A stretch of DNA of 59,243 nucleotides, filler included. It is 3 parts of 3 records of this genome, joined end to end, with 100 filler letters (N's around TTAATTAATTAA, not from the genome) between each part and the next. Parts side by side here need not be neighbours in the genome. Positions count along the whole stretch, not along the records: positions 1 to 23,462 come from DRR723986_10188; 2 more parts are not named here. One strand, written 5' to 3'. A program made the translations under genes and the position numbers. Below are positions 1-10,537 of the stretch, piece by piece. The stretch's first letter is position 1, and every line of letters begins with the position of its first letter. The notes beneath the pieces are model-generated. The model worked only from the letters and a program-made list of their open reading frames with translations, was not told the DNA's origin and ran no database searches.

Positions 1-2
1 TT

Positions 3-578
3 CTAGCTCGGGTAAAAACCCAGCTGAAACGTAAGCGATTTGCGGACAAGCTTTGGGAAAATTTCCATATCTCCATGCAGTTGGCCACCACTGATGCTGT
101 GACAGGCCTATACAACAGGCACTATCTTACAAGCCATATGGACACCCGTATGAAGGCAGCACAAAAGCAGGGCAAGGCCTTATCGGTTATGATGATGGAT
201 ATAGATCATTTCAAGCTCGTGAATGATAACTACGGCCATGCTGTAGGAGATATGGTGTTAAAAGAGTTTGCAACGCGTATAGGCCGTAATATTCGCGGTG
301 TAGACCTTGCAGCACGCTACGGCGGTGAAGAGTTTGTCGTGATGATGCCAGAAACGCCCACTGACTGGGCGCTTATGATTGGTAACAGGCTCCGCGAAGA
401 AATTGCCGATAACACGTTTGATTTTGACCTTACAGAGGGCCCCATCGCGATTACAGTTTCAATTGGTGTTGCGACAAGTATCGATGGGCAAACGCCAGGG
501 CAGCTGCTTGAGGCGGCAGACAAGGCGTTATATGAGGCTAAAGCAACGGGCCGAAACAAGGTTGTTGTTGCGCAATAG
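3..578 (+). CDS. pleD: PleD-family response regulator/diguanylate cyclase, C-terminal part (5' truncated by window)
   Basis: Frame is open from base 3 (LARVKTQLKRKRFADKL..., the PleD receiver-GGDEF linker). It has DxxTGLYNR, DIDHFKxVNDxYGH, the RxxD I-site (RGVD) and a GGEEF active site. It is convergent with rpmG, the usual alphaproteobacterial arrangement. Confidence 0.85.
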   Translation, partial: LARVKTQLKRKRFADKLWENFHISMQLATTDAVTGLYNRHYLTSHMDTRMKAAQKQGKALSVMMMDIDHFKLVNDNYGHAVGDMVLKEFATRIGRNIRGVDLAARYGGEEFVVMMPETPTDWALMIGNRLREEIADNTFDFDLTEGPIAITVSIGVATSIDGQTPGQLLEAADKALYEAKATGRNKVVVAQ

Positions 579-630
579 CATACTCGAAAAGTAGGGGGAT
601 AAAGCCTTGGTTTGCGGGAAGTGTGCATAT

Positions 631-664
631 AAAAAACGCCGCAGCCAAGAAGGCGCGGCGTTTT
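631..664. terminator. Bidirectional intrinsic terminator between pleD and rpmG
   Basis: AAAAAACGCCGC-agccaagaaggc-GCGGCGTTTT: GC stem flanked by A and T tracts, between convergent genes. Confidence 0.75.
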
Positions 665-687
665 GAATGATCAAACGGCAGTCAAGA

Positions 688-855
688 CTACTTAATCTTG
701 GCTTCCTTAAACTCTACGTGCTTGCGAACAACCGGGTCATACTTGCGTTTAACCATTTTCTCAGTCAGTGTCCGCGGATTCTTTTTGGTCACATAGTAGT
801 AGCCGGTATCCGCAGTGCTAACCAGCTTGATCTTGATGCTGGAAGGCTTCGCCAT
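688..855 (-). CDS. rpmG: 50S ribosomal protein L33 (Zn-free type), 55 aa
   Basis: Translated by hand: [62 protein letters not shown] upstream. Below the ORF-track length cutoff. Confidence 0.97.
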   Translation of the reverse strand: MAKPSSIKIKLVSTADTGYYYVTKKNPRTLTEKMVKRKYDPVVRKHVEFKEAKIK

Positions 856-914
856 CTTATTCACTCCAAGAAATCAGTAATCCAGACCGCACATCGCGGC
901 CACGTTGAGGGCGC

Positions 915-942
915 AAAATACCTATGGGCGACGGTAAGTCAA
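915..942 (-). promoter_or_regulatory. Putative sigma70 promoter for rpmG
   Basis: Minus strand TTGACT-N16-TATTTT, about 60 nt upstream of the rpmG ATG. Confidence 0.45.
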
Positions 943-1016
943 GCGGAGTTTGCTGTTTTATTGATAAATTATGGTTTTTTAGCGATTTTGAGCTTGGGCT
1001 TCATACTTTTCCGTTT

Positions 1017-3281
1017 TTAACGGCTTCTGGAGCGGCTGCTTCTGCTAGAGTCTTGGCTGCCGGGGCGCCGCCTACGGTTTCTTGTATGTTGGCCATTTTT
1101 GCGCCTTGGGCCATCTTGGTTCCCGACAAGCTCCAGCTTTAGGCCACCGGTAAACCGGTTGGCTTCGGTCAAACGCACATCAACTTTGTCGCCCAATGTG
1201 AAAGTTTGCCCCATTCGCTCACCCACAAGGGCATGACGAGCTTCGTCGTGATAATAATAGTCGTTGCCTATCTCTGAGATAGGAATCAGCCCATCCCCGC
1301 CTGACGGCTCAAGTGCCACAAATAAGCCAAAGCGTGTAACACCGGTGATTCTGCCAATGAAATCATCACCCACATGGTCGGCGAGATATGCCGCCATATA
1401 CCGGTCGGTCGAGTCTCTTTCAGCGGCCATTGCGCGGCGTTCGGTGCCAGAAATCTGTGCGCCAATGTCTTCCATATCGTCAATTTCGCTATCGGTAAGG
1501 CCGTCATCCCCTAAATTCAGTGCCCGCACCAACCCGCGGTGAACCAATAGATCTGAATAGCGCCTAATGGGAGATGTAAAGTGTGCATATTTCGCAAGGG
1601 CCAAGCCAAAATGCCCTTGATTTTCAGGGGAATAATAAGCCTGGGTCTGAGAGCGAAGAACCACTTCGTTGACCATATGCTCGCGGGTAGTGCCGCGTAC
1701 TTGCGACAGAATGCCGTTAAACAAACGCGGCATCATAACCGCGCCTTTGGTTAATTTCATATCCAGAGTTGAGAGGAATTCACGCAGTGTTTCCAACTTA
1801 TCAAGTGGTGGTTCTTCATGAACCCGGTACATTGCCGCCATGCGTTTGCGCTCTAGCTCCTCGGCGGCGGCAACATTGGCTGCAATCATAAACTCTTCCA
1901 CCACGCGGTGCGCATCAAGTCTGTCGCGAAGGCTAATGCCTTTCACAAGGCCCGCCTCATTCAGTTCAATTTTACGTTCAGGCAAGTCCAGATCAAGCGG
2001 TTCGCGTTTTTCGCGCGCCGTCATCAGGGCTTTAAAGGCCCCGTAAAGCGGCTCTAGCACAGGCTTAAGTAAGGATGCGGTCTCTTCGTCGGGGTTGCCG
2101 TCAATAGCGGCCTGAACTCGCTGGTATGTAATGTTGGCGCGGCTATTCATAAGGCCGCGTACAAATTTATGACGGGTTTTATTGCCGTTCGCATCAAACC
2201 ACATGTGAACGGCCATACAGGCGCGGTCTTCGCCGGGCTGCAGACTACAAAGGCCTGCAGACAAAGCTTCAGGCAACATGGAAACAACGCGGTCAGGGAA
2301 ATAACAGCTGTTGCCGCGCTTTAGCGCTTCTTGGTCCAGGGCGCTGCCAGGCTGCACATAATGAGCAACATCTGCGATGGCAACTATTGTGTGCCATCCG
2401 CCTGGGTTTTTTGGGTCGCTGTCAGGTTCGGCCCAAATGGCATCGTCATGGTCACGGGCATCTACCGGGTCAATTGTTATAAGCGGAATATCTCGCAGGT
2501 CCGCGCGCTCTCCTAGAGTAACGGCTTCAGCTTTGTCAGCTTCTTCGAGCACATGCGCCGGGAATTCGTTTGGAATATCGTGGGCATGAATCGCAATCAT
2601 ACTGATTGTTTTCGCAGCACTTACATCGCCTAGACGCTCTCGCACCCGCGCTCTTTTTGGGCCACTGTCGCGCTTACGGCGCACGACTGGTTCCGCTGTC
2701 ACTAACTCACCATCTTTTGCGCCTGCTACGTCGTCCCGTTCTACCCAATAATCATCACGATTTTTCTTATCAATCGAATGAATACGGCCACCATTTTCAC
2801 TGCCATGAAACACACCGAGAATACTGCGCGGTGCCGCACTTAAAAATTTTAATATTTGTGCGCGGTATGTTGGCGGATTGTCTTTGATAGGAATTAAACG
2901 GGCGAGTGCACGGTCGCCGGGGCCGAGGGCAGGGCGTTTTTTTCTTTTATCGTCAGATAGATAGATGGTTGGAGCAGGAGTGCCGCGTTCTCGCTTAACG
3001 GGGCGCATAAGCACATCGCCGTCTTTATCAAGACCGGCAAATTCCAGTACTTGCACACCAGGCAGACGATCAGCAGGGCGAAGGGCTCTGCCTGAATCTT
3101 GCGCAATCTGCCCGCTATTTATCATGTCGCGTAACAGTTTTTTTAACTGAATTTTGTCTGCACCGGTAATGCGAAAAGCGCGGGATATTTCACGCTTGGT
3201 TATTTTCCCATTGTTATCTCTTAAGAAATCGAGAATGTCTTTCTCGGTTGGGAAATGATCAAACTTTTTATGATGCGCCAA
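1017..3281 (-). CDS. rnr: Ribonuclease R
   Basis: RNB motif TIDPxDARDHDDA, HFTSPIRRYSDL, C-terminal S1 domain and basic tail. Start placed at TTG 3281 behind an AGGA RBS (ORF extends to 3290). Confidence 0.95.
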   Translation of the reverse strand: MAHHKKFDHFPTEKDILDFLRDNNGKITKREISRAFRITGADKIQLKKLLRDMINSGQIAQDSGRALRPADRLPGVQVLEFAGLDKDGDVLMRPVKRERGTPAPTIYLSDDKRKKRPALGPGDRALARLIPIKDNPPTYRAQILKFLSAAPRSILGVFHGSENGGRIHSIDKKNRDDYWVERDDVAGAKDGELVTAEPVVRRKRDSGPKRARVRERLGDVSAAKTISMIAIHAHDIPNEFPAHVLEEADKAEAVTLGERADLRDIPLITIDPVDARDHDDAIWAEPDSDPKNPGGWHTIVAIADVAHYVQPGSALDQEALKRGNSCYFPDRVVSMLPEALSAGLCSLQPGEDRACMAVHMWFDANGNKTRHKFVRGLMNSRANITYQRVQAAIDGNPDEETASLLKPVLEPLYGAFKALMTAREKREPLDLDLPERKIELNEAGLVKGISLRDRLDAHRVVEEFMIAANVAAAEELERKRMAAMYRVHEEPPLDKLETLREFLSTLDMKLTKGAVMMPRLFNGILSQVRGTTREHMVNEVVLRSQTQAYYSPENQGHFGLALAKYAHFTSPIRRYSDLLVHRGLVRALNLGDDGLTDSEIDDMEDIGAQISGTERRAMAAERDSTDRYMAAYLADHVGDDFIGRITGVTRFGLFVALEPSGGDGLIPISEIGNDYYYHDEARHALVGERMGQTFTLGDKVDVRLTEANRFTGGLKLELVGNQDGPRRKNGQHTRNRRRRPGSQDSSRSSRSRSR

Positions 3282-3317
3282 AAGCGACAATCCTATGGTC
3301 TATAGTTAAAGCGCGTA

Positions 3318-5903
3318 TCAAGAAGCTTTTTTACGCGCAGGTTTTTTCTTAGTTGCTGTTTTTTTGGCGGGCTTCTTGGTGGTTTTTTTAGAAGCCTTTG
3401 CAGCAATCCACTCAAGGGCTTGCTCAAGGGTTACCGATGTTGGTTCTGTGCCTTTTGGCAGCGTTGCATTGGTGCGATTATGGTTCACATAGGGACCATA
3501 TCTGCCGTCCAGCACGCGAATGGCTGCGCCGTCATCAGGGTGTTCGCCCAAGTCTTTTAATACAGTTTTCCCACCGCCTTTTTTAGCGGCAGCATCTGCA
3601 ATTGCAGCAACAGCCCTGTTGATACCAACAGTGAATACTTCCTCCGTGGAAGCGAGCTTTCCGTATACCCTGTCATGCATAACATAAGGGCCGTAACGGC
3701 CGATTGCTGCAACAATTGGGTTGCCAGTTTCAGGGTGTTTGCCCACTTCACGGGGCAGAGAGAGAAGTTGCAAGGCCTTTTCTAAATCAACGGACCCAAT
3801 GTCCATATCTTTAGGAATGGTTGCGCGTTTAGGCTTTTCGGCTTTTTCACCTTTTTCGGCCTTTTTGGCCTCTCCAAGTTGAATATACATGCCGAAACGG
3901 CCACTACGAATGGCTATTTCTTGCCCAGTTTCAGGGTCAGTTCCTAAAACAGAAGGTCCGCTTGCACCACTTTCTTCCGCTTCGTTGGCTTTACGGCCGA
4001 AGGGGCGGGTGAAGCCGCAATCAGGGTAATTTGAACAGCCAACAAAAGCACCATATCGGCTGGTTTTAAGGCCAAGGCGACCATCATCGCAGCTCGGACA
4101 TTTGCGAGGATTTTTGCCTTCTTCGGCAATAGCAAACATCATTGGTTCCAGGAATTCGTCAAGTGCATCAATCACCACAGCATTGCGCACGTTGATAATT
4201 TCTTCAGTTTTCGGCTTAAATTCTGTCCAGAATTCGCTGAGAACCTTTTTCCAGTCTTCCTTGCCGTCAGAGACAAAATCTAGCCGCTGCTCCAGATTGG
4301 CCGTGAAGTCGAATTCAACATATCGCTCAAAGAATTTTTCCAGAAACGCGGTAACGAGGCGCCCCTTGTCTTCAGGAATAAAGCGGTTGCGGTCCATAAC
4401 CACATAATTGCGGTCACGCAGCACGGTTAGAATAGAGGCGTAGGTGGACGGACGGCCAATGCCTAACTCTTCCATACGCTTGACGAGGCTGGCTTCTGTG
4501 AAACGGGGCGGCGCTTCCGTGAAATGTTGCCGTGGCTTTACTTCCTTAAGAGCGAGGATTTCCCCTTCGCTCATTTGCGGTAATAGCTTCTCGTCTTCGT
4601 CGGCTTCGTCGTCTTTGCCTTCTTGGTAGACAGATAAGAAACCATCAAATTTGATAACGGTGCCCGTTGCGCGCAGTTCCGCCGTCTGGTCATTGTTCAT
4701 GATGGTGACGGTGGTGCGCTCCATTTGCGCACTTTCCATTTGGCTGGCAATGGTACGCCGCCAAATCAGCTCGTATAATTTCAGTTCATCACTATCAAGG
4801 GCGCCTGCAACATCAGTAGGGCGGCGCATTGGGTCTGTCGGGCGCACCGCTTCGTGGGCTTCTTGTGCATTTTTGGCTTTGGTTTTGTAGACGCGCGGTG
4901 CTGCAGGCAGGAAGCGCGCACCGTAACGATCCTCTATCATGGCGCGGGTGGCGTTTAGTGCTTCTTGCGCAATGCCGACACCGTCTGTCCGCATATAAGT
5001 AATTAAGCCGGTAACCTCGCCGCTAATGGTTTTGCCTTCATACAGGCTTTGGGCAACGCGCATCGTGCGGTTTGCTGCAAACCCAAGTTTACGGGCGGCT
5101 TCTTGCTGCAATGTTGATGTTGTGAATGGGGGTTGCGGATGGCGTTTTGCCGGTTTGCGTTCAACGGATTGAACTTTTAACGGCTCATTTCGCACCAAAG
5201 CGGCCGCAGCCGTTGCTGTAGATTCGTTTGGCAGGTCATATTTACCCAACTTTTTGCCGTTCATAGCAAAAAGGCGGGCAGAGAAGTTTTTGCCACCCGC
5301 TGAATTTAGCGCCGATTCAACGGACCAATATTCTTGTGCAACAAAGCTTTCAATTTCAGCTTCACGGTCACACACCAGTCGCAAGGCAACTGACTGAACC
5401 CGCCCCGCAGAGCGTGAGCCCGGCAGCTTGCGCCATAAAACTGGCGATAAGGTAAAGCCAACCAAATAATCCAATGCGCGGCGGGCCAAATAGGCATTCA
5501 CCAACTCGTTATCTAACTCACGAGGTTCGGCCATTGCCTTTAAAATTGCTGATTTGGTAATTTCGTTAAATACAACACGCTTTACATCAACGTTTTTGAG
5601 GGCTTTCTTTTTTTCCAGCACTTCAAGAACATGCCAACTGATTGCTTCTCCCTCGCGGTCGGGGTCAGTTGCCAGATACAAACGGTCAGCGTCTTTTACG
5701 GCTTTTGCAATCTCGGTGAGTCGCTTATTAGAGTCGCGGTCCACTGACCACAACATCTCAAAATCATTTTCAGGGATAACCGAGCCATCTTTGGCAGGCA
5801 AGTCGCGCACATGGCCAAAGCTAGCTAACACCTTGTAATCTTTACCAAGATACTTATTGATCGTTTTCGCTTTAGAAGGCGATTCCACAATAACAACGTT
5901 CAT
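3318..5903 (-). CDS. topA: DNA topoisomerase I
   Basis: IVESPSKAK, ATDPDREGEAI Toprim motifs, SAGRVQS, catalytic LITYMRTD, a Zn ribbon, GRYGPY repeats and a Lys-rich tail. ATG at 5903. Confidence 0.97.
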   Translation of the reverse strand: MNVVIVESPSKAKTINKYLGKDYKVLASFGHVRDLPAKDGSVIPENDFEMLWSVDRDSNKRLTEIAKAVKDADRLYLATDPDREGEAISWHVLEVLEKKKALKNVDVKRVVFNEITKSAILKAMAEPRELDNELVNAYLARRALDYLVGFTLSPVLWRKLPGSRSAGRVQSVALRLVCDREAEIESFVAQEYWSVESALNSAGGKNFSARLFAMNGKKLGKYDLPNESTATAAAALVRNEPLKVQSVERKPAKRHPQPPFTTSTLQQEAARKLGFAANRTMRVAQSLYEGKTISGEVTGLITYMRTDGVGIAQEALNATRAMIEDRYGARFLPAAPRVYKTKAKNAQEAHEAVRPTDPMRRPTDVAGALDSDELKLYELIWRRTIASQMESAQMERTTVTIMNNDQTAELRATGTVIKFDGFLSVYQEGKDDEADEDEKLLPQMSEGEILALKEVKPRQHFTEAPPRFTEASLVKRMEELGIGRPSTYASILTVLRDRNYVVMDRNRFIPEDKGRLVTAFLEKFFERYVEFDFTANLEQRLDFVSDGKEDWKKVLSEFWTEFKPKTEEIINVRNAVVIDALDEFLEPMMFAIAEEGKNPRKCPSCDDGRLGLKTSRYGAFVGCSNYPDCGFTRPFGRKANEAEESGASGPSVLGTDPETGQEIAIRSGRFGMYIQLGEAKKAEKGEKAEKPKRATIPKDMDIGSVDLEKALQLLSLPREVGKHPETGNPIVAAIGRYGPYVMHDRVYGKLASTEEVFTVGINRAVAAIADAAAKKGGGKTVLKDLGEHPDDGAAIRVLDGRYGPYVNHNRTNATLPKGTEPTSVTLEQALEWIAAKASKKTTKKPAKKTATKKKPARKKAS

Positions 5904-6018
5904 ACGGCTTCTCGTCTCCAAGATTGTTCAGGCACATCGGAATCAGGCCAATGCAGCCGATAACTTTTGTCATCACCTAGAGGGATGCGGCGCTCAATGC
6001 AACGGGATTGTTTATTTT

Positions 6019-7122
6019 TCATACAATTCTACTAAACCTGCCGCCGCTATGACGGGCGATTTTTCCGTCTAGTTCCAACATCTGCAACTCTGCCAATACG
6101 GTGTCTGCGCTCGCGCCTGTCAGCAAAACAATTTCATCAATATGAATAGGACTAGGGCTGAGGATGGTCATTAAGTCTTTTGGGTTTGGCTTTTCGTTTG
6201 GTTCACACGGTGCTGTTGGTTTTTCTCTCCTTTGGCTTTTGGGACTTCGCTTTACCGGCCGTGGCGTTAGGGTCGTGAATTCGCTGATAATGTCGTCTGC
6301 ATTTCGCACTAATATTGCACCGTCTTTAATTAGGCTGTTCGCACCTGCAGAGCGGGGGTCTAAAGGAGAACCAGGCACAGCAAAAATGTCTCTGCCGTGT
6401 TCGCCTGCTAACCGAGCAGTGATCAAAGAGCCGGAGCGAATGGCTGCTTCAACGACTAACACACCGTCTGACAGACCAGAGATAATACGGTTGCGCCGGG
6501 GAAAATGACGCGCTTGAGGCTTGGTGCCAACGGGCATTTCACTGACAATCAGACCTTTAGACCTTATAATCTCATAGAGCTGCTGATTTTCGGGCGGATA
6601 GATATTATCAAGGCCGCCAGCCAAACAAGCAATGGTACCGGTTTCTAGCGACGCAGCGTGTGCTGCAGCATCGATGCCACGCGCCAAACCCGATACAACG
6701 CAAATGCCTGCATCTCCAACCTTTGTGGATAAGCCGCGGGTAAGTTTTAGGCCTGCACCGCTTGCATTGCGCGCACCCACAACGGCGAGCGTGGGCTTTG
6801 TCAGTAGGGACACATCACCAAGGCAATGAAGTATCGGCGGTGGGTCTGGAATAGCGGCCAGGCGATCAGGATAATCAGGTTCACCTAAAAAAAGTGTTGA
6901 TGCGCCTAATCTCTCTGAAGCTGACAGTTCTGCTTTTGCTTTATCAATGGTTGCCACTTTATGGGCTTGCGGGCCGTTCAATAGCGCGTCCAGTGCCGTT
7001 ACAGCATCGCCGTGAAGGGCGAGTAACTTGAGAAATGTAATAGGGCCAATGCCCTGGCTTCGTGCCAGTCTGATATGCGCCAGTCTGATATGAGCAAGTC
7101 GGTCACGATCGCGGTTTGACAT
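6019..7122 (-). CDS. dprA: DNA-processing protein DprA/Smf
   Basis: VVGARNAS, VSGLARGIDAAAH, FPRRNRIISGLS, EAAIRSGSLITA and C-terminal winged helix; plsY-dprA-topA synteny. Confidence 0.95.
   Translation of the reverse strand: MSNRDRDRLAHIRLAHIRLARSQGIGPITFLKLLALHGDAVTALDALLNGPQAHKVATIDKAKAELSASERLGASTLFLGEPDYPDRLAAIPDPPPILHCLGDVSLLTKPTLAVVGARNASGAGLKLTRGLSTKVGDAGICVVSGLARGIDAAAHAASLETGTIACLAGGLDNIYPPENQQLYEIIRSKGLIVSEMPVGTKPQARHFPRRNRIISGLSDGVLVVEAAIRSGSLITARLAGEHGRDIFAVPGSPLDPRSAGANSLIKDGAILVRNADDIISEFTTLTPRPVKRSPKSQRREKPTAPCEPNEKPNPKDLMTILSPSPIHIDEIVLLTGASADTVLAELQMLELDGKIARHSGGRFSRIV
7064..7093. repeat. 15-bp in-frame tandem duplication at the 5' end of dprA
   Basis: GCCAGTCTGATATG occurs at 7064 and 7079, giving RLAHI-RLAHI-RLA in the protein. 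Confidence 0.85.
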
Positions 7123-7130
7123 ATGCAGGC

Positions 7131-7730
7131 TTAGCCCTTTTTGCCAATTTTTGATTCGGTGCCGGCAAGGATGCGGCCAATGTTTTCGCGGTGACGAATG
7201 ATAATGACAATGGTCATACCTGCAAGAAATACCCAGCTATTATTCACCAACATGAAGTATCCGGCAATGGGTGCGGCGGCGGCAGCAAATAGACCGGCCA
7301 GGGAAGACATTCTGAAAAGAACGGCAGTTAAGAGCCAAGTTGCGCCTACTATTAGGCCAAGAACCCAGGAAACGGCGAAAACCGTACCAAAGAATGTGGC
7401 AACGCCCTTGCCGCCATTAAATTTTAGAAAAACAGGGAAGCAGTGTCCAATGAAGGCTGCCATGCCGGAAGCGGCAGCCAGATGAGGCATTTCGAGAATA
7501 TAAATGGTGGCCAGAACTGCGATTGCACCTTTTCCCGCATCTAGCAGAAGCGTGGCAAGCGCTAGGTCTTTACGGCCCGTGCGCAGCACGTTGGTGGCAC
7601 CAATATTGCCAGAGCCAATTTCGCGAATATCCCCCAAGCCACTTAGGCGGGTTATCACCAAACCAAATGGCACGGCCCCCAACAGGTAGCTGGCTATCAG
7701 GATTATGCTGGCGTTTAGGGATAAATCCAT
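7131..7730 (-). CDS. plsY: Glycerol-3-phosphate acyltransferase PlsY
   Basis: YLLGAVPFG, DIREIGSGNIGATNVLR, GHCFPVFLKFNGGKGVAT, RHRENIGR. Confidence 0.96.
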   Translation of the reverse strand: MDLSLNASIILIASYLLGAVPFGLVITRLSGLGDIREIGSGNIGATNVLRTGRKDLALATLLLDAGKGAIAVLATIYILEMPHLAAASGMAAFIGHCFPVFLKFNGGKGVATFFGTVFAVSWVLGLIVGATWLLTAVLFRMSSLAGLFAAAAAPIAGYFMLVNNSWVFLAGMTIVIIIRHRENIGRILAGTESKIGKKG

Positions 7731-7733
7731 CGG

Positions 7734-8975
7734 CTAAGTTCTCTCGAAAACGGATACACCATCAGCGATTGTACGCCAAACTTGCCCTTGAACCGGGAGG
7801 GTATCGAAAGGCGTGTTTTTATCGCTGGAAATAAGAGTGTCTGCATCAATACGCCAAGGTTTATTCGGGTCAAAAATCACGAAATCAGCATAAGAGCCTG
7901 CTTCCAGCGTGCCGGTTGACAAGCCCAGCAATTTTGCCGGGGTGCAGGTTAATGCTCTTAACATGGTCATGAGGTCTATGCCGCCTGCATGAACTTGCGC
8001 CATGCATAATGGTAACAAAGTTTCGAACCCGACAATGCCAGAAGCTGCCTGCGCAAAGGGTAAGCGCTTAACATCAGCGCTTTTCGGTGAATGATCGGTG
8101 ACAATTGTATCGATTGTTCCATCAGCAATAGCAGCAATTAACGCAAGCCTGTCTTCTTCAGCGCGTAAAGGCGGACGAACTTTGGCGAAAGTTCTGTATC
8201 CCTCGATGGCATTATCATTCAGGTGCAAATAATGCGGGGCGGTAGAACAAGTTACCTTCACGCCGCGTTTTTTAGCGGCTCGAACGGCGTCTACGCCGTC
8301 TTTCGATGAGATTAAAGCGAAATGCAACCGCGAACCTGTAAGCTCCGCTAACCGAGAATCTCGGTCAATTTGCATGGCCTCGGCTGCACCGGGTACACCT
8401 GTTAGCCCTAAACGGGTGGCTATCTCGCCTTCATGTGCTATCGCGTCAGCCCCTAGCTCCGTATTTTCAGCATATTGAACCACCAGTGCATCAAAATGCC
8501 CGGCATATTCAAGCAAGCGCCGCATAACTTGGGCATCAGCCACAGCATGGTTGCAATCCGTGAAGGCTACTGCGCCAGATTGTTGCATTTGGCCAATCTC
8601 GGAGATTTGTTTGCCGTTCATGCCCTGTGTTGCGGCCCCCATCGGGTACACACTGACAACTTGGCTTTCAACAGAGCGATGGCGAATACGCTCAACAACG
8701 GCATCTGAGTCGATGGTTGTTGTTTGGTCAGGCTGCAGAATAATGGTTGTGATACCGCCCGCCAGCGCTGAAGCCGCGTCAACAGCGTGTGCGCGCATGT
8801 CAATGAAACCAGGGCATAATATACGCCCCTTGCAGTCTATTGTTTCAGTGACGCCGCTTGTGTCGATGTCAGCGCCGTAGCTGTCAATAACGTTACCTTT
8901 AACGATTAGGGCGCCTTTGGCATCATGGTTAGTTGCCGGGTCTATAATGCGCGCATTTACATAAGCCGTCTTCAT
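7734..8975 (-). CDS. pyrC: Dihydroorotase-like protein, probably the catalytically inactive PyrC' subunit of aspartate transcarbamoylase
   Basis: Amidohydrolase fold (PGFIDM, AGGITT, KVRPPLR, TDHSP, KNTPF); overlaps the pyrB stop. Several metal-binding His are replaced (DMRAH, QYAEN, HFALIS). Confidence 0.85.
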   Translation of the reverse strand: MKTAYVNARIIDPATNHDAKGALIVKGNVIDSYGADIDTSGVTETIDCKGRILCPGFIDMRAHAVDAASALAGGITTIILQPDQTTTIDSDAVVERIRHRSVESQVVSVYPMGAATQGMNGKQISEIGQMQQSGAVAFTDCNHAVADAQVMRRLLEYAGHFDALVVQYAENTELGADAIAHEGEIATRLGLTGVPGAAEAMQIDRDSRLAELTGSRLHFALISSKDGVDAVRAAKKRGVKVTCSTAPHYLHLNDNAIEGYRTFAKVRPPLRAEEDRLALIAAIADGTIDTIVTDHSPKSADVKRLPFAQAASGIVGFETLLPLCMAQVHAGGIDLMTMLRALTCTPAKLLGLSTGTLEAGSYADFVIFDPNKPWRIDADTLISSDKNTPFDTLPVQGQVWRTIADGVSVFERT

Positions 8976-9976
8976 AAGGCGGCTCCTGAGCGTAGGTCTC
9001 TGGTTAAGATGTCGATGCAGGCCATGCGAACGGCGACACCCATTTCCACTTGCTCTTCAATGGCAGATCTGTCGAGATCGTCGGCAACGTCTGAGGCAAT
9101 TTCCACGCCTCGGTTCATAGGGCCGGGGTGCATAACCAGCACATCGTCTTTGGCCGCCTTCAACTTTTCGCGGGTTAAGCCCCAAAAACGGAAGTATTCA
9201 CGCAGGGACGGCAAAAAAGCGCCATTCATTCGTTCGCTTTGCAAGCGCAGCATCATAACAACATCAGCGTCTTTTAAGCCTTCATCCATATGGTGGAAGA
9301 CTTCCACGCCTAATCTGTCAACGTCTCTGGGCAGCAGGGTAGGTGGTGCAACGAGGCGCACGCGCGCCCCCATTGCATTTAGCAGGTAAATGTTTGAGCG
9401 CGCCACCCGGCTATGTGCTACATCGCCTGAAATAACAATGGTTTGACCGTGAATGCTGCCTTTGCGCCGCTGGATTGTAAGGGCATCTAGCAGGGCTTGT
9501 GTTGGGTGTTCTGCGCGTCCATCACCTGCGTTGATAACGGCACAATCCATTTTTTCAGCCAGCAGTTTAACGGCACCGCTATCACCGTGCCGCATCACCA
9601 AAACATCGGGGTGCATGGCATTCAACGTGGCGGCTGTGTCCAGCATGGTTTCGCCTTTTTTTATCGACGAATTACCAGTTGCCATTGAAATTGTGTCTAG
9701 CCCCAAACGCTTGCCGGCAATTTCAAAGCTCATCAGCGTTCGTGTGGAGTTTTCAAAAAACAAGTTTATCTGGGTTAGGCCCGCACAGGTTGGCGCAGAT
9801 TTTACGGGCTGACGGTTTAGATCAACATAGCCATTGGCAACATCCAGCAAATGTTTAATGGCTGTTGGGTCAAGTCCCCAAATACCTAGCAAATGTTTGT
9901 ACGGAAAAAGCTTTCCCGACGGCGGATCAACGTCCGCGCGGGGATAAGAAGACTGATCGGTCGAATGCGTGTTCAT
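8972..9976 (-). CDS. pyrB: Aspartate carbamoyltransferase catalytic subunit
   Basis: [45 protein letters not shown]. Confidence 0.97.
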   Translation of the reverse strand: MNTHSTDQSSYPRADVDPPSGKLFPYKHLLGIWGLDPTAIKHLLDVANGYVDLNRQPVKSAPTCAGLTQINLFFENSTRTLMSFEIAGKRLGLDTISMATGNSSIKKGETMLDTAATLNAMHPDVLVMRHGDSGAVKLLAEKMDCAVINAGDGRAEHPTQALLDALTIQRRKGSIHGQTIVISGDVAHSRVARSNIYLLNAMGARVRLVAPPTLLPRDVDRLGVEVFHHMDEGLKDADVVMMLRLQSERMNGAFLPSLREYFRFWGLTREKLKAAKDDVLVMHPGPMNRGVEIASDVADDLDRSAIEEQVEMGVAVRMACIDILTRDLRSGAAL

Positions 9977-9985
9977 CAAGCCCGC

Positions 9986-10014
9986 CTTATAAGCATAAAC
10001 CCTATTGCCCGCAA
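9986..10014 (-). promoter_or_regulatory. Putative sigma70 promoter immediately upstream of pyrB
   Basis: Minus strand TTGCGG-N17-TATAAG; the -10 ends 9 nt before the ATG. Confidence 0.5.
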
Positions 10015-10066
10015 GAAGGTTAGTTAATTTATTATTCTATAAGGAGGCGCGGTTTAACAAATTGCT

Positions 10067-10537
10067 CTACATGGCATGAAGCGCGCCTTGCAGAATGTAT
10101 GCCGCTGCCATTTTATCAACCAGTTGCTTGCGCCGTGCCCGGCTTCGGTCTGCCTCAATTAATGTTCGTTCAACTGCCGATGTGGATAGTCGCTCATCCC
10201 ACAAAGCCTGCGGCAGGTCTATTTTTTCGGCGAGGTTGCGCGAAAATGCCATAGTAGACTGGCAGCGCGGGCCTTCACTGCCATCCATGTTAACAGGCCA
10301 GCCCAAAACAAACCCACCTACTTTTTGTTCGACTACAATTTGGCGCAGGCGCTCAACATCAACCTTGAACTTGGTGCGTTTGATTGTTTCCATTGGTGTA
10401 GCAATGGTGAGGGTAACATCCGACAAGGCAAGGCCGATAGTTTTGCTGCCAATATCAAGCCCAAGCAAACGCTGACCTGTCTTAATTTTTGACCTTAAGG
10501 CCGCAATTGCAACTGGTTTTTGATCGTTTCCGCTCAT
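10067..10537 (-). CDS. ruvX: YqgF/RuvX family resolvase-like pre-16S rRNA nuclease
   Basis: [45 protein letters not shown]. Confidence 0.95.
   Translation of the reverse strand: MSGNDQKPVAIAALRSKIKTGQRLLGLDIGSKTIGLALSDVTLTIATPMETIKRTKFKVDVERLRQIVVEQKVGGFVLGWPVNMDGSEGPRCQSTMAFSRNLAEKIDLPQALWDERLSTSAVERTLIEADRSRARRKQLVDKMAAAYILQGALHAM

Noticed and set aside
667-1020. 117-aa plus-strand ORF
   Set aside because: Antisense shadow of rpmG and its promoter; no recognisable protein features.
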